From positions 657,882-700,386 of the forward strand of contig NW_014577084.1 of the NCBI RefSeq assembly GCF_000485595.1: DNA of 42,505 nt, read 5' to 3'. The position numbers and the translations under genes are program-made. This stretch comes from Priapulus caudatus (lineage: Eukaryota). Positions 24,714 to 42,505 of the stretch are shown one piece after another (the first letter of the stretch is position 1; the number at the start of each line of letters is the position of its first letter). Below the pieces are notes generated by a model. It made no database searches. It had not been told where the DNA came from and worked only from the letters and a program-made list of their open reading frames with translations.

Positions 24714-27700
24714 AAATAAAAAAAACATTCATTTCTCGCCAGGCGCCGCAACTCTCTTTCTTTCATCCTAAGATCTAATTCATAATTTAAAATATATTTA
24801 ACTTTGCAAAGTATACTATCAAAAGGGAAACAGCGAATTTTTATTAGGCTAAGTGTATTTTTAAGTTAAGGAATTCCCCTCATGGGACTCCCTGGGATAT
24901 CCAAAATCCATAACAATGGGCTCTTCAGCGACAATGTGCCTCACCACATCTTTCAGTTCGGTTGAGTTTGACGCCGAAACTTTGCAGCTGAGTTTAATTA
25001 CAAGTTAAATATTAACGTTTAATCCTCCTGCACTTAAGGTAGATTTTTCCGAAATATCAATATGCCCTGTTTCTTGATAACAATTTAATAGTTCGTAGGC
25101 CCTACACAACACGTGACCATATTTGCCCAGTCAATAAATGGCATTATTCCTGCCGATTGTCCCAATTTCTGCATGAATTATGTATTGTTGGCAAAACAGT
25201 AACCCCCAGACAGCCACAGACAGTGATTATCAACTGCTGACAGAAAGCTCCTGAATTATTAACTGCTGACCAAACAAACTGCTGATATATGGGAACACTT
25301 CAATTCTATATCAATTCTTACAAACTGCTTGATTATCACATTCGACAATATTAGGCTCGGATACCATAAAAATAAATAAACGGTTGTTTACGGTTCCATT
25401 CAATCAAATTTTTAAAGGGTGGGCGTCGGTATAAAAAAACTATTGCTTTTCCCTTAAAATTTCGCATTCTTAACGAGAGCGTCAAAACGCACCAAGAACC
25501 CTCCATCAATTTAGCTGGTCTCCTCATTTTCTAAGCACAATTATAAACCGCCGAGTCTTTGTGATGGAAAATGGATAGAAAGGATATTTTATTTAATTTC
25601 TAATAAACTAATTTCGTATTCTCTCGACATTTATTTACTGATCTTGGTCTAAGAATAGTCACAGTTTTTATTATTCTTTTTACACAACCTGCAAAAATTT
25701 GAGTCGGCACTTCTTTTTGAGGTTTTGGTGCGCTCGACTCTAACTGTCACGAAGCTGTCCATTTCCCTGTGATTTCTTGAATTCCCTTTAATACGCAGCC
25801 TGTACACACACAAACTTACTCTTAAACTTGGTCCCCCATCATCGTGTCCGTCAACCGGAGACCCTTTTAGACCCCCACCCAACATCACAGTGGACACACA
25901 GTTGTCGAGTTCCAGACCTGCCATGCAGACGTCATCAGAACGTCGTCACTCGCAGAGCCGGGGCGTACCGGGTAGGCCAGCGGCAGCAACTTTTGCACAG
26001 GAAACCCCGTATTCATCCCAACAGCGCCGCCGGCCCGAAGCGGGACGCCCGCCAGGTACGCGCGCTTCACTCAATCCGTGAACTTCACATCCGTCTTCCA
26101 TGTTCAATATAAAAGAAACTTCTGCAATTTTCCGATGCCGCCTTTGCTTATGCAATCGAACAAATAACAAATGCGCCAACGAAAGATTTTCAATCAGACT
26201 ACCATAGGCTTGGACTGTAGCCTACACTCTTGTCTTCTCCCTCATTGGATGCTCTATGTTGCCCTAGAGAGCTAACCACGGGCGATTGTTCATTCGGTCA
26301 CACACAGAAGGAAACAAAACTAGTTTTACAAAGAAGCCCTTGATCGCTTAGGTGAGCGCTACAACACTAATAAATCATTCATCGAATTCCCATCCGTCGC
26401 GAAGGATCAGTTTCAGTTACTCATGTCGCGCAGACAGTTAGGCAATTGCATGAAACTAAGAAGGACGTGTCGCGATAAAATCTTTCCGCTCCTGAAAACT
26501 CATACTCTAAATATCTGACATTAACAACTTATAGATTAATCTACACTTGTCGAAAACAAATCTAAATATTCGAGAATGACTGCCTGAATGATACTCGACC
26601 CTTAAAACTTTAAAGCAATGCTACGAGCAGCATCCACATAGCGCCATCCAACGAGTGACGCTTCAAAACTTAAGCACTCAATGGTGCAGAGGATCGCTTT
26701 ATCTGATTGCCTTATGTACATCAGGACTGACTCATTGATTGCATTAAGTAAGGGCAATAGGACCGCATTTTCATCGAGCTTGCGCGCTCGCCACGTCGGC
26801 GCGCACCCCCGCGACTCCGGCGGACGTGGCGCAAACCAGCGGCCATCAGGACACAAGCCCACCGACCAGTGGGGGGGCCGGCCGGCCCACCGTCTCACCG
26901 GCGCCGATCTTCGATTGCTTAATGCGAAGCCATCGGGTGACCTGGATGCATCGGAACTTGCTTACCCGATCAGTCGATATGCGAAAAGCATTACACGATC
27001 TATATAGCTCATCCTCTGCACCAATTAGAGCGCTTGATAAGCAGTCCATCATGATCGCACTCCTGATCAGTCCTATATCAGACGACGATGCTTAGTTCAT
27101 ACCGGAGTCGCACCGAAATCACCGGTGTGCCATCTCAGGGAACACATCCGCTGATAAACGCATTTGAAGCAATCTATGATCGCTTAACAATCGGTGTTAC
27201 TCTAAAAATGGTTTTGACTTCTCGCCTAAACTGTATTAATAGATATCAGACTTGTGTCTTATATATCGTGATTAAAACAGATAAAACATCTAGGTGTAAT
27301 CTGCTTTTCAATATTTGCGTCTGTAACTAACTCAATTCCCAAACATATAGTGTAGGTCTATGTCTAATATATAATATAATTTAAATAATTAATTATTAAT
27401 TATTAGGTCTAGAGTATCTTATTTATTTAATGTTGAAGTTACAATTTCTCTAAGGCATATTGAAAAGAATCGCATGGCTACCTGTTATCCTCGTAGTCTC
27501 GAGACTATTAAGGTAGGCTACCGTAACCGTAGTGCGTGTATTTTTTTTCTAGGTCAATCAAGAACATGGTGCTGTAGTGAGACCGCTGGCTAAATTTAGT
27601 GAGCTTGTTTCGTTGATTTGCTATAAGTATATTAATTATAAACAATGACGCTGTTATTAGAGATTATATGCTTATAAACTAGAAATAGTGATACATGATA

Positions 27701-27890
27701 TCAGGAGTACATAATAGGAGAGTATATAGGGGGATATAACGCTATTATGTTACTCCTGATGATATATACAGAGATGCTACAGGCCGGCTTGCTAAGGTTA
27801 CCTAATACGCTATAAAGAGCTTAAGCTTTCCCCCGCCCTTCCCCTTTCACCGGCTTTAAGCTTTCNNNNNNNNNNNNNNNNNNNNNNNNN

Positions 27891-33433
<5,543 letters not shown>

Positions 33434-33462
<29 letters not shown>

Positions 33463-33854
33463 AATGGTACTAGACTCAAAATCCATAGACTTCACATACA
33501 CGTACTTGATGCAGAAATACTCACCACCCTCGCAGTGGACAAAGAACATTAATACCCAGGATAATATTAGCTCCATCCGATGCCAAGCTATCATTTACAC
33601 TTCAACGCCGCGAGTTCCCTATTCGCTTGGCTTACTGCATCACCATCAATAAAGCGCAAGGTCAAACTTTCAAGAAGCTGGGCATTTTCCTCCCAAAACC
33701 CGTCTTCTCTCATGGCCAACTTTACGTTGACTTCTTACGTGCTAAATCTTTCGCTGAGATAAAGCTTCAACTGGAAACTACTCACAACCAAACTCAAGGG
33801 AAATCAGACTCTGTTTACAACACTATCAACGTTGTATACCATGAAGTTCTGTAA
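33434..33854 (+). pseudogene. Second, divergent Helitron helicase C-terminal fragment (in-frame stop and frameshift)
   Basis: Hand translation gives NLNIRE*LCNGTRLKIHRLHIHVLDAEILT, then after a frameshift SGQRTLIPRIILAPSDAKLSFTLQRREFPIRLAYCITINKAQGQTFKKLGIFLPKPVFSHGQLYVDFLRAK...TINVVYHEVL*. The motifs are the same as in the first fragment but the nucleotide sequence is clearly different. Confidence 0.88.
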
Positions 33855-33980
33855 TTTAGTGTCCATCACCTGTAAATCTCATCAAATAAACTTTCGTATT
33901 ATATTTTACTAGCCAGCTAAACCATGCATCTCTACATTCACAGCATATGCCCGCACCCGTGAGCATCACTACCATTGACT

Positions 33981-34201
33981 TTCACTACCATAGGATTGGG
34001 CCTGACCACACCTGTCTTCTTCCATGGCATGCTCTATGTTGCCCTCTTACAAGTAGGCAAACCCAGGGCGATGTACATTCACACACAGCACACGAAGACC
34101 AAAAATATACTTTACAAAGAAGCCCTTGATCCTTAGGTGAGCTACAACACTAATACACTCATTCATGAATTCCCACCGTCCGAAGAACGGGTACTTTGCT
34201 A

Positions 34202-34202
<1 letters not shown>
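33981..34202 (+). repeat. Direct duplicate of the first helicase tail and 3' UTR (33091-33295), carrying the intact Helitron terminus
   Basis: TTCACTACCATAGG...CCTGACCACACCTGTCTTCT...TTTACAAAGAAGCCCTTGATCCTTAGGTGAGCTACAACACTAATAC...TCCCACCGTCCGAAG is present at both places with scattered substitutions. Confidence 0.9.
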
Positions 34203-34247
<45 letters not shown>

Positions 34248-37184
34248 CATCATATATAGCAGCATGGCAGTGTCAGTGCAGACACGTTGCCATGGTTTCA
34301 CTGTGTAGGGTATCCCGCTGATATTTCGAAGCTCTACACGGCAGCGTTTCGCGCCGGTCCTCAGCTTTTTCTACATCTGTAAAAAGGAGATGTGCGACTT
34401 TAAGAGTATTACGATGGGGACCATTTGAAAAACCCGGCGGATCTGTGTCAGATAAGCTTTCGTGTTACATTTGAACACGGCAAATAAATGAACGGAAGCG
34501 AATGGGGTGTGATTTTAACGCGGCAGGGTATTTTCGGTAAGCCTTGGGTGTTTCCGTTGCAACGATATCTTAAGCTGCCTATAGTGAAAAACGGTCAGAA
34601 TCGTAAAGTTCGAATGACGAGCATGTATAATGGTGGCTCATTGTAAATTAGTGGTATAGCTGGAGGCAATTCCAAGTCACTGCTCTTTGTTGCCCCTCAC
34701 GTTGGATATTATTAATGTGCCCATGTTGGCAAGGGTAGATGTTTTACGAGCCCCTGTTCAGTTTTATCTGCGGAATTTCGGAATTCACTCCCCTCCCCCC
34801 GTTACCTTCTGAATGATATTAACATTCGGTGAAACCTTGACTACACCCAATATCTTCAATAGCCTTGACGTCGATGTCTAATCCATCTCATGATGACAGC
34901 GAGTGCACGTATGGTATTTCAATAAGCGCGTGCCGATGATGAATAAAATTAAACATTGTAATCCCACAATATACGCGACGGTAGACAACGGCTTCTTCTC
35001 GCCACCAACTGCGTGCATGCAGACGATTATAGAGTTAATCTGTCAGGATCCCTCCCCCCAGGTACCGACAGGTTTAATTGCTGACCGAATTGAAACGTTT
35101 AGAATCGGAAAGTCGTAATAGCGTGCAGGAAATAGTGAATAACCGCAGCAAGTAAATATAATTGCTAGAAATTCTAATGCATCGCGCTCCGGGGAGTTAG
35201 CATTACAATACAATGCAATGCACCAGTTCTGCGGCTAGCTCAATCCCGTTCTGCCTGCTGCTAACAGGAACCCTGCCACTGACGCGGACGAAGCAACGCT
35301 ACACTGTGGAACAAAGCACGATGGACTTGCCAAACCTGTCCAGTACATTCATTACTTTCTCTGATGTTTGTTGTCAAGCGGCTCTCAGAAGCTGTGTACA
35401 CACATGTGTCTGTGTACAAGTAACGATGGCCTCTTATTGCCACGGTGTGAGCGTATGCCCGGTTCGTGTGCATGGGACGCGGTCATCTTCTTACAGCATT
35501 GAGAATTTCCGATGTGGTCACCAGAGTTTATGAATGGTATTTTGATAGAGCCCCCACAGAACCTACCACTACTTAATTTACTAAGCGTAGTATAGTAAAG
35601 TGAACAAGTTTCAAAATAAAATCAGATTGCGGTGGGCACACCTGACCGCAAATAAATAGAAAAACGTGAATTGCACGGTCGAAATGAAAAAATCCATTGT
35701 CCCACGACACAATGGCAGGGAATTTCAAACTTGTTCACTGTATTCCAGATAGTGATGTGTGGACGAATCCAATGACAGGATGTCCGAACCTGGAATGTCA
35801 TTGTGAATTACCGCTAATGGCAGGTCCTAGTAGTGGTCAAACTGCTTTTGCCTATTTGATATGGTCATTCATGAATACTGGACACGGTGGAAGAGGTCAG
35901 TCGCCCAGGTCATGATACTGTGCGCTGTAAAGTGCCAGGCCTCAGCTTTGGCATAGAGAGTGGGAGAAGCGTATGCGAGTATATTTGAACACGAGGGAAA
36001 CTATTACCACTTGCTAGCTTTTATAGACTAAAATTGTTATTGAATTATACTGACTAAATTAGCTGACCTGCTTCCAGGCGTATACGCAACCTATAGCCAA
36101 TAATGAAAAGACGATCGGTAGTCACAGGCGTTTCCGTGAGGGTATATCGACACCTGTTGTTCCTCCCAATATTTATAATTTCATTAATGGATTTTCTTCA
36201 GATTTCTGCGTATACGGTCGGTTAAGTATAGTGTTGATTATATATATAAATAAGTAGTTGTTTGCTGTTATTAGTAATAGTTGAAGCATTTGATTAGGAT
36301 TCAAATAGAGTAAACACAAACGTATGTAAAACTCGTATAGCTGTTAGGGACAGCTTGGTAAAGCCACAGTAATTCCTACCACATTCCGTGACCATTAAAT
36401 TAGCAGCAATGTCGCAGTGTTTAGCAACATTTTTAACATATTTCGGCCATAAAACAAATAAGATCAAAATCGCCATCGCCGTTAGGCACAACACTACTAT
36501 AACAGTTACCACAATAGCTACATCAGTAGTCACAGCCATCGTCGCCTCGGCCACCAAGGCAAAATTCTAGACGCGACGTCTAATCTTTCTTCTCATGGAA
36601 ACTATCTTTGCATGGTTCTTGCAACTCTCACCATGCAGAGTAATTTTTACGTCCCAGTTAATGTTTCCTCTACTCAAGAGTGTGTCGACGAACACGACAA
36701 AAACCATCCGAGCCAATCCGCCTAAAAAGGTGAATTTGTCCTGTCAACATCGGAACTTGGGAACATCAAAACTGTGTCTATCCGTGGTTTTTACACGAGT
36801 GGTTCGTTTACATTACGTTGGCCTCGGCGAAAGCCGGGAGAAAAAACCGACTAGAAGTTTAAAACTATTTTAAAGAATTTTAATTCGACTTCAGTAACAT
36901 TTCGAAATGGACGGGTGTTGATATCAGCAGCCTAGAATTACGATCAAGGAATGTTTGTGCGGCGTTGATTCGCAGAGATGGATCTCACCCACCGCTATTA
37001 TATACACTGCGATACGAGTTTTGTCTTGTTTGGTTTTACGCGCGGCTAGCGTCGCATTACTAATTAAAATTGAAACGGATACGCCTGATTTAAATAAATT
37101 GACAGATTGGTAATTACACACAGATCTTAAATCTTAGGCGCACGTTTTCTAGTGGCACCGCGCTGCATTGGCGTGTTTTGTACA

Positions 37185-37438
<254 letters not shown>

Positions 37439-37840
37439 GTTTGCCAGCCAACCATTTTTCCTATAGCCAGCCGGTACACTTTTACGCCATGACGTAACAT
37501 TTGATAAGTGATATTGCACGCCATAATCTTTGATATATCGCATTCTTTATATGTCTTTTAACCGCCCATTAATGATCGGTGACGTGTTCTTTCTTACTTG
37601 GACTTGACAAATGTGAAACAGTTAAAACGGCAACATTGATTTTACGTGTCGTACAGGAAGCGATACAATACTTTACTTTAGGCGCTCGTGTCCTAATATC
37701 TCAGTCTCAACTAGCTGCTTCTTGTGCGTGTCAGCTAGTACCAGTGAATCTTTGCATGTTTGTTTACGCTGCATTTAATTCAGCGCATCGAAGTAAATCG
37801 TCTCGTTGAAAGATTGCGTAATGCCCTAGACCCTGCCCCG

Positions 37841-38050
<210 letters not shown>

Positions 38051-41000
38051 GTTTCCCCCTCCCCATCCTTGTTCTCTGAGTCCCTCTCGGGACACTCCCC
38101 CAGATTAACATATTGATTTGGAATATAAAATGACTAGTTTATATAGTGAGTCAAAACGCGAGGTCAAGGGAAAGGTGAAGGTCACACGCAAAACATCGAA
38201 AGTTAGCTGTTATTCCTCTGACAAAACACTAGTCTCTCGCACGAGGACGAAGGAAAAGGCGCGAAGAACATTTCACACAGCTAACAAATCCCTGTGATAT
38301 GCGGACTTTAGCTTTACAAATCTGGCTGAAGGTTCACACGATCGTATGGCTGGCTACGTGTTAGTCTTGCTATTACCGGTGCTGTTTTCCAATCGAATTT
38401 GAGAAACCTGGCAAAAGATGCATACAGCTCTTCCTTTGAATGCAATCTGGAGAGTGGCGCAAGCCACTGGTAAGTACACTTACAGTTCGGTAATAGCACA
38501 GCTGCTGGTGTGAAAAAGATCACACCAATTTACTTTTCTCCTCCGTTTACTTCTCTATCACGTGTGGATTTTCTCTGCTATGTTTTATGTCCCGACAATG
38601 AGTCGCCGAACATAAGGTTGCACGGCGGCGTGACATCTCCACGGTCAGGATAACCCTCGGATGGATATCGCCTGCATGAAGCTAATTTGTCGTGTTAAAC
38701 GTCAAGCGATATAACGTGATATAACATTGTGTATATTATGTACATTATCGTTATTATTACATGTGGCGAAAATGGCGGTAACATTATGATTCGTGTAATT
38801 AAGTTTGTTAGCAGCCGCGGTCTCGGTCAAAATGAAGGCAAGCCACATAACTGGGATTTATTGTGCGTGTAATTAAGCCGCGTGTGTACCTCTACAAGCA
38901 GATGTGGCTGCCGTAGCTCTGGAGTAGCATTGGAGCATGAATTTTCGTTTTACACCGACCTTCATAATTTATCTCATGTTCCGCCGCGCAGACGTCACCA
39001 ACCAAAGACATTAAACGTGATATATATTAATATCTATTGTGACAGAAATTAATCAACGCATCTCCCATTTGCATGCCATATTACCATTTAACGTTTATAC
39101 CGGTTTCGCATGAATAGCTTATTAAATAATTACTATAATAATACGACAATTTTAAGATTGGGAAACGAGGGCATTAAATTATTTTAAAACTGATAAAACA
39201 TTATATATATTGTGAATGCGTAGACAGTGCGGCCAGCATGTGTAGATTTTATACAGTACCTGCCGTCGGCCATGCTCGGATTCTTGATCGTAAAGGATGG
39301 GCTAGTGATTGTAAACTATGACTTGTTTTGTCCAAGGTCAGCGGCGGGGTTCAACAGTCAGTGCTTGTGTTGCATGTGGTCGGCGGTGTTTGAAGGGGCA
39401 GCGTAACACGCCACACACGCCCACGCTGAAAGGACGTGTCCTCTACATCTTACAGCAATTTTTATCTGCAGACATTATATCGAGCACGCCTATAATAGTA
39501 CCTGTAATTAGTACTTAGGCCACCTCCACTACCCCCTCTCCTCCCCTCCCCTCCCACTCCTATCCTCTCCACCCCGTCTCCTCGCCTTCCCTTCCCTCCT
39601 CTCCCCTCCAACCTTTACTAGTCCATCGTACTCCGCCTGTCCGTTCCTGTCCTTGATTTTTTCCTGTTCTGCCTGTTAGGTTTATTCGATTTATAGTAGT
39701 ATTCCGAAATCTCTAAATTATGAGAATTTTTTTGCGTCATATATTTTCCTGTCGGCAATGTTTGTACGCTACTAAAAAAATAATAAACAATCTGTGCCAA
39801 CTCTTCGTGATGAATATCACTGTGGTGCATGCAGCATAGCACGATCCCGTCGAGACACGCCGCCTCATAATGTTGGAACGGAATTATAATCCGCTTCGAC
39901 ATAAGAAAGCCTAACTGTGTAAACCCCCGTGTGCTAGCTAGTCTACATCTCGCGAAGGCACCTGGATTACGTCGTTAGCACGTAAATCACGTTCGTCATT
40001 ATAAGGCGCAGACTACCTCATCGTTTGCATTCTAGTCGCATGCTCGGTACCGTTGGAGAGCAATCTGCACATGCGCCTGTCTACAGCTCCATGCATACGT
40101 CTACAGCTCTGCGAAAGGCAGCTCTGGTGGTGAGAGAGTTCATGCAAAACGCGTGAGCAACAGGCGCGGCGTCTGCGATAGCAAAACAACTGCGTTCCGT
40201 GAAATGAACGAGGTGTATGACCGTTCTTGTCTGCGAGCTTATGACTATAACTATAAGCTGTTAAGACAACATGCGGAGCGTTTGGCAGCCTTTTGTATAT
40301 TTAGCAACCACTTGCGGACCAAAAAGCAATGCCCGTAGCGTTTACGCGTAAAGCAACAGCCGGCTGCAGTTATGTTGGCGCTGCGACCCGGGTACGTCTT
40401 AAAAGAACTTGTTCAGGCAGTTGTGTTTACACGCAGACACAACGGGCTTGTATGCTTAGTCCGGCCTTTATTAGCGCAGTGGTAAGAATTCCGCTAAATG
40501 ACACGTCTGAACATCGTCAGCGTTTTTGACGACACTTGAGACAGGTTTTAATTATCGCGTTACATGTTCGACGATCCTGTTTGTTCAGTATTTTGGCATT
40601 CTACTTCTCACGTTCTTCGCTATCTGTTTTTTAGAAGTATATCGCCTCTCTGCCGGCTCTTGGGTGTCATGACGTTTCTATCTAAGTCTAGTTGCCCTTT
40701 TAAATGTAAACAAACTAGTAAAGCTCGTACGCAAATCAACTTAAACACTGCGTTTATTGACCGATCTCATGTATAGGTTATTACCTGGAAAAGTTCATCT
40801 ACATGAGGAAATGCAGCATCAATACGAGTAATCATTGTTCCTTAACAATGCCATGCTAAAAGCGATTCGCTAGAAGCGATTCGCATTTATTTATTTCGAC
40901 AACATACCCACAGATAATACAAAGAGTCTATAATAGGGAGTCTCAAGAGATTCTTGATAATACCAAGGTATACATAACAATGAATTGTGTTTAAATTCAA

Positions 41001-42466
41001 TTAACTTTACGCAGTGTATGTTTTTATCCGTCGGGATGAACTTGCGCTCTTGCGCGTTATTGAAGGATTATCGGCCATGACATTCTGAGTGTATCCAATC
41101 CATTTCTTTCCGATTACTGCTAAGACTAGTAAAATCTGCGCAAATTGAATTCTTGGTTAGGAAGGAGCGTGAACAGCAATGGCATCTGAAATAGGATTGC
41201 TGATGTCAACGGTGATATATATATATACGTAGCTAGTATTGGTAAGTGTGTGTGTTTAAATCATGGCGGTCTATCCCAGCTTTACTGTCGCCGTTCAACT
41301 GGCGCAAGCCTGCAGTCGTGCATGAGACAGGTTCGTACAATTGATCAGAAAAGCAGCAACGGCGGGGAGTGTACAACGAGTATGACCGCATATATATACC
41401 GCATGTACCCTGAGTTATTCACGTTTCCTTTGCATAATGACTTTTATAATCCAACACTAAGATGCCACTGACATCATTGTATAGTGTAAATATCAATTAC
41501 TCCTGTTACGGAGTAAAGACCAGACAGAGAAATTGCTAGGGGAAGGGGATGGGGGATAAGCGCTATTTAACGAATTTATAAACTATGTCGCAGGAAGTTA
41601 TTCTATGCACATATTTCTATTTCACTATTTAATTGCACATCAGATCGCTTGCGGCGCATTCATTCGCACTGGCAGTTTTCGGTGAATACGAAGGTTCTAA
41701 AACATTTTATTGTTACTCTAGACAATTGCTGTTACTCAAGCAATAACGGTAGGTGTCATGAAAGTGGTGAAAACACTGGAAAACTCTCGCAATGGTTACT
41801 TTAATATGCATGCGTGGGGGGAATACAGTGCGCGGATTCTGATAAACTTATTGGTTGAGAGAATGTTAAAAGCGGGTACTGGTATGATGTTTGCTCATTC
41901 GCCCCCTAGCTTCTACGACACGTCGGAATCAAGCATACTATAGGAGTGCTAATTCTACTACTATATGCGTAGGCCTACGCTCAGAACAAAATAGCATTCT
42001 ATAGCACGGGATGCACGTCGGCGACGTTACTATGCGGCTGAACGATTGATCATGAGATGAGCTCAGCTCTCGCGCCGCACTCGCGCGTGCCCATCTGTTC
42101 ACTGCGAACGCGCGCACAATGTAAAGCGCTGTTGCGATTTTACAAAGCGCTTACTCTCCGCACGACCGCTCCTCGCCCACTCTCCTCGGCCACGTATAGC
42201 CGCGCTACCGTGGCTCTTTATAAACCGCGATGGCATATAACTGCATGGCGAGATGGAACCCCGCGGGGCTGCCATTCCCGCATTGTGTCGTACCCTCTCT
42301 CGCCTCCCGGGAAAGAAAACTGTCGCCGCGCATAGGGCGGCCTGTGCCTTTTACCAGACACAGTATCACAATTGAACTTGCGCACAGACTTATTTTCTGC
42401 TCGGTCAGGCGTGAAACGTTTCAATTTAAACGATAAAGAATTCGACATGGACCGGACTATATATAG

Positions 42467-42469
<3 letters not shown>

Positions 42470-42505
<36 letters not shown>
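42470..42505. repeat. (TA)n microsatellite running off the end of the window
   Basis: Visible directly in the sequence. Confidence 0.95.

Larger units (their letters stand above)
17941..26583 (+). repeat. Copy 1 of a large direct duplication (copy 2 at 28088-33462)
   Basis: Near-identical starts (17941-18520 vs 28088-28651) and colinear anchors: 21180/30001, 21675/30287, 23082/30786, 24030/31276, 25189/32254 and 26561/33438. Confidence 0.9.
24133..26583 (+). mobile_element. Degraded/noisy second copy of the Helitron, showing the 5' end and lacking the 3' end
   Basis: Begins A|TCTATACTATCAAAAAGGGAA, a typical Helitron 5'-TC start, after a TA-rich tract. 25189-26583 is colinear with 32254-33462 but carries many indels that frameshift the helicase (about 25730-26352). 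Confidence 0.75.

Noticed and set aside
26600..27700. Possible extension of the large duplication to match 16450-17420
   Set aside because: Only very short matches (e.g. CCACGTCG) were seen by eye, and colinearity cannot be established without an alignment.
36294..36557. Minus-strand 87-aa ORF with a hydrophobic, transmembrane-like stretch
   Set aside because: No recognisable family or splice support. Val/Ala/Ile richness is expected from the reverse of an ACN/GCC-rich low-complexity stretch.

Overview
Eukaryotic, very microsatellite-rich, mostly non-coding DNA. The composition resembles a decapod-crustacean draft assembly (inference only), with four N-gaps and indel noise that looks like unpolished long reads. 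The one convincing host coding segment is a first exon at 6421-6600 (+) for a type II Golgi membrane protein whose N-terminus resembles the GALNT2/pgant2 family. The rest of the window is probably its large first intron. Mobile DNA: (i) a non-autonomous, composite Helitron in a (TA)n tract (~31365-34202) carrying two different PIF1-type helicase C-terminal fragments, three stacked 3' ends and a canonical hairpin+CTAG terminus; (ii) a noisy second copy of it (24133-26583) that shows the 5' TC end, an internal tandem repeat and a tRNA-like cassette; (iii) a ~360-bp hAT-like MITE (1680-2039). The block 17941-26583 is repeated at 28088-33462, probably a false duplication. There are two kb-scale foldbacks (4245-6168 and 12161-13573) and a family of tiny palindromes (CAGGAGTAGATAAT...ATTATCTACTCCTG) whose arms co-vary within copies and resemble the MITE terminus. 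Nearly all ORFs in the supplied track are microsatellite, N-gap or chance ORFs.
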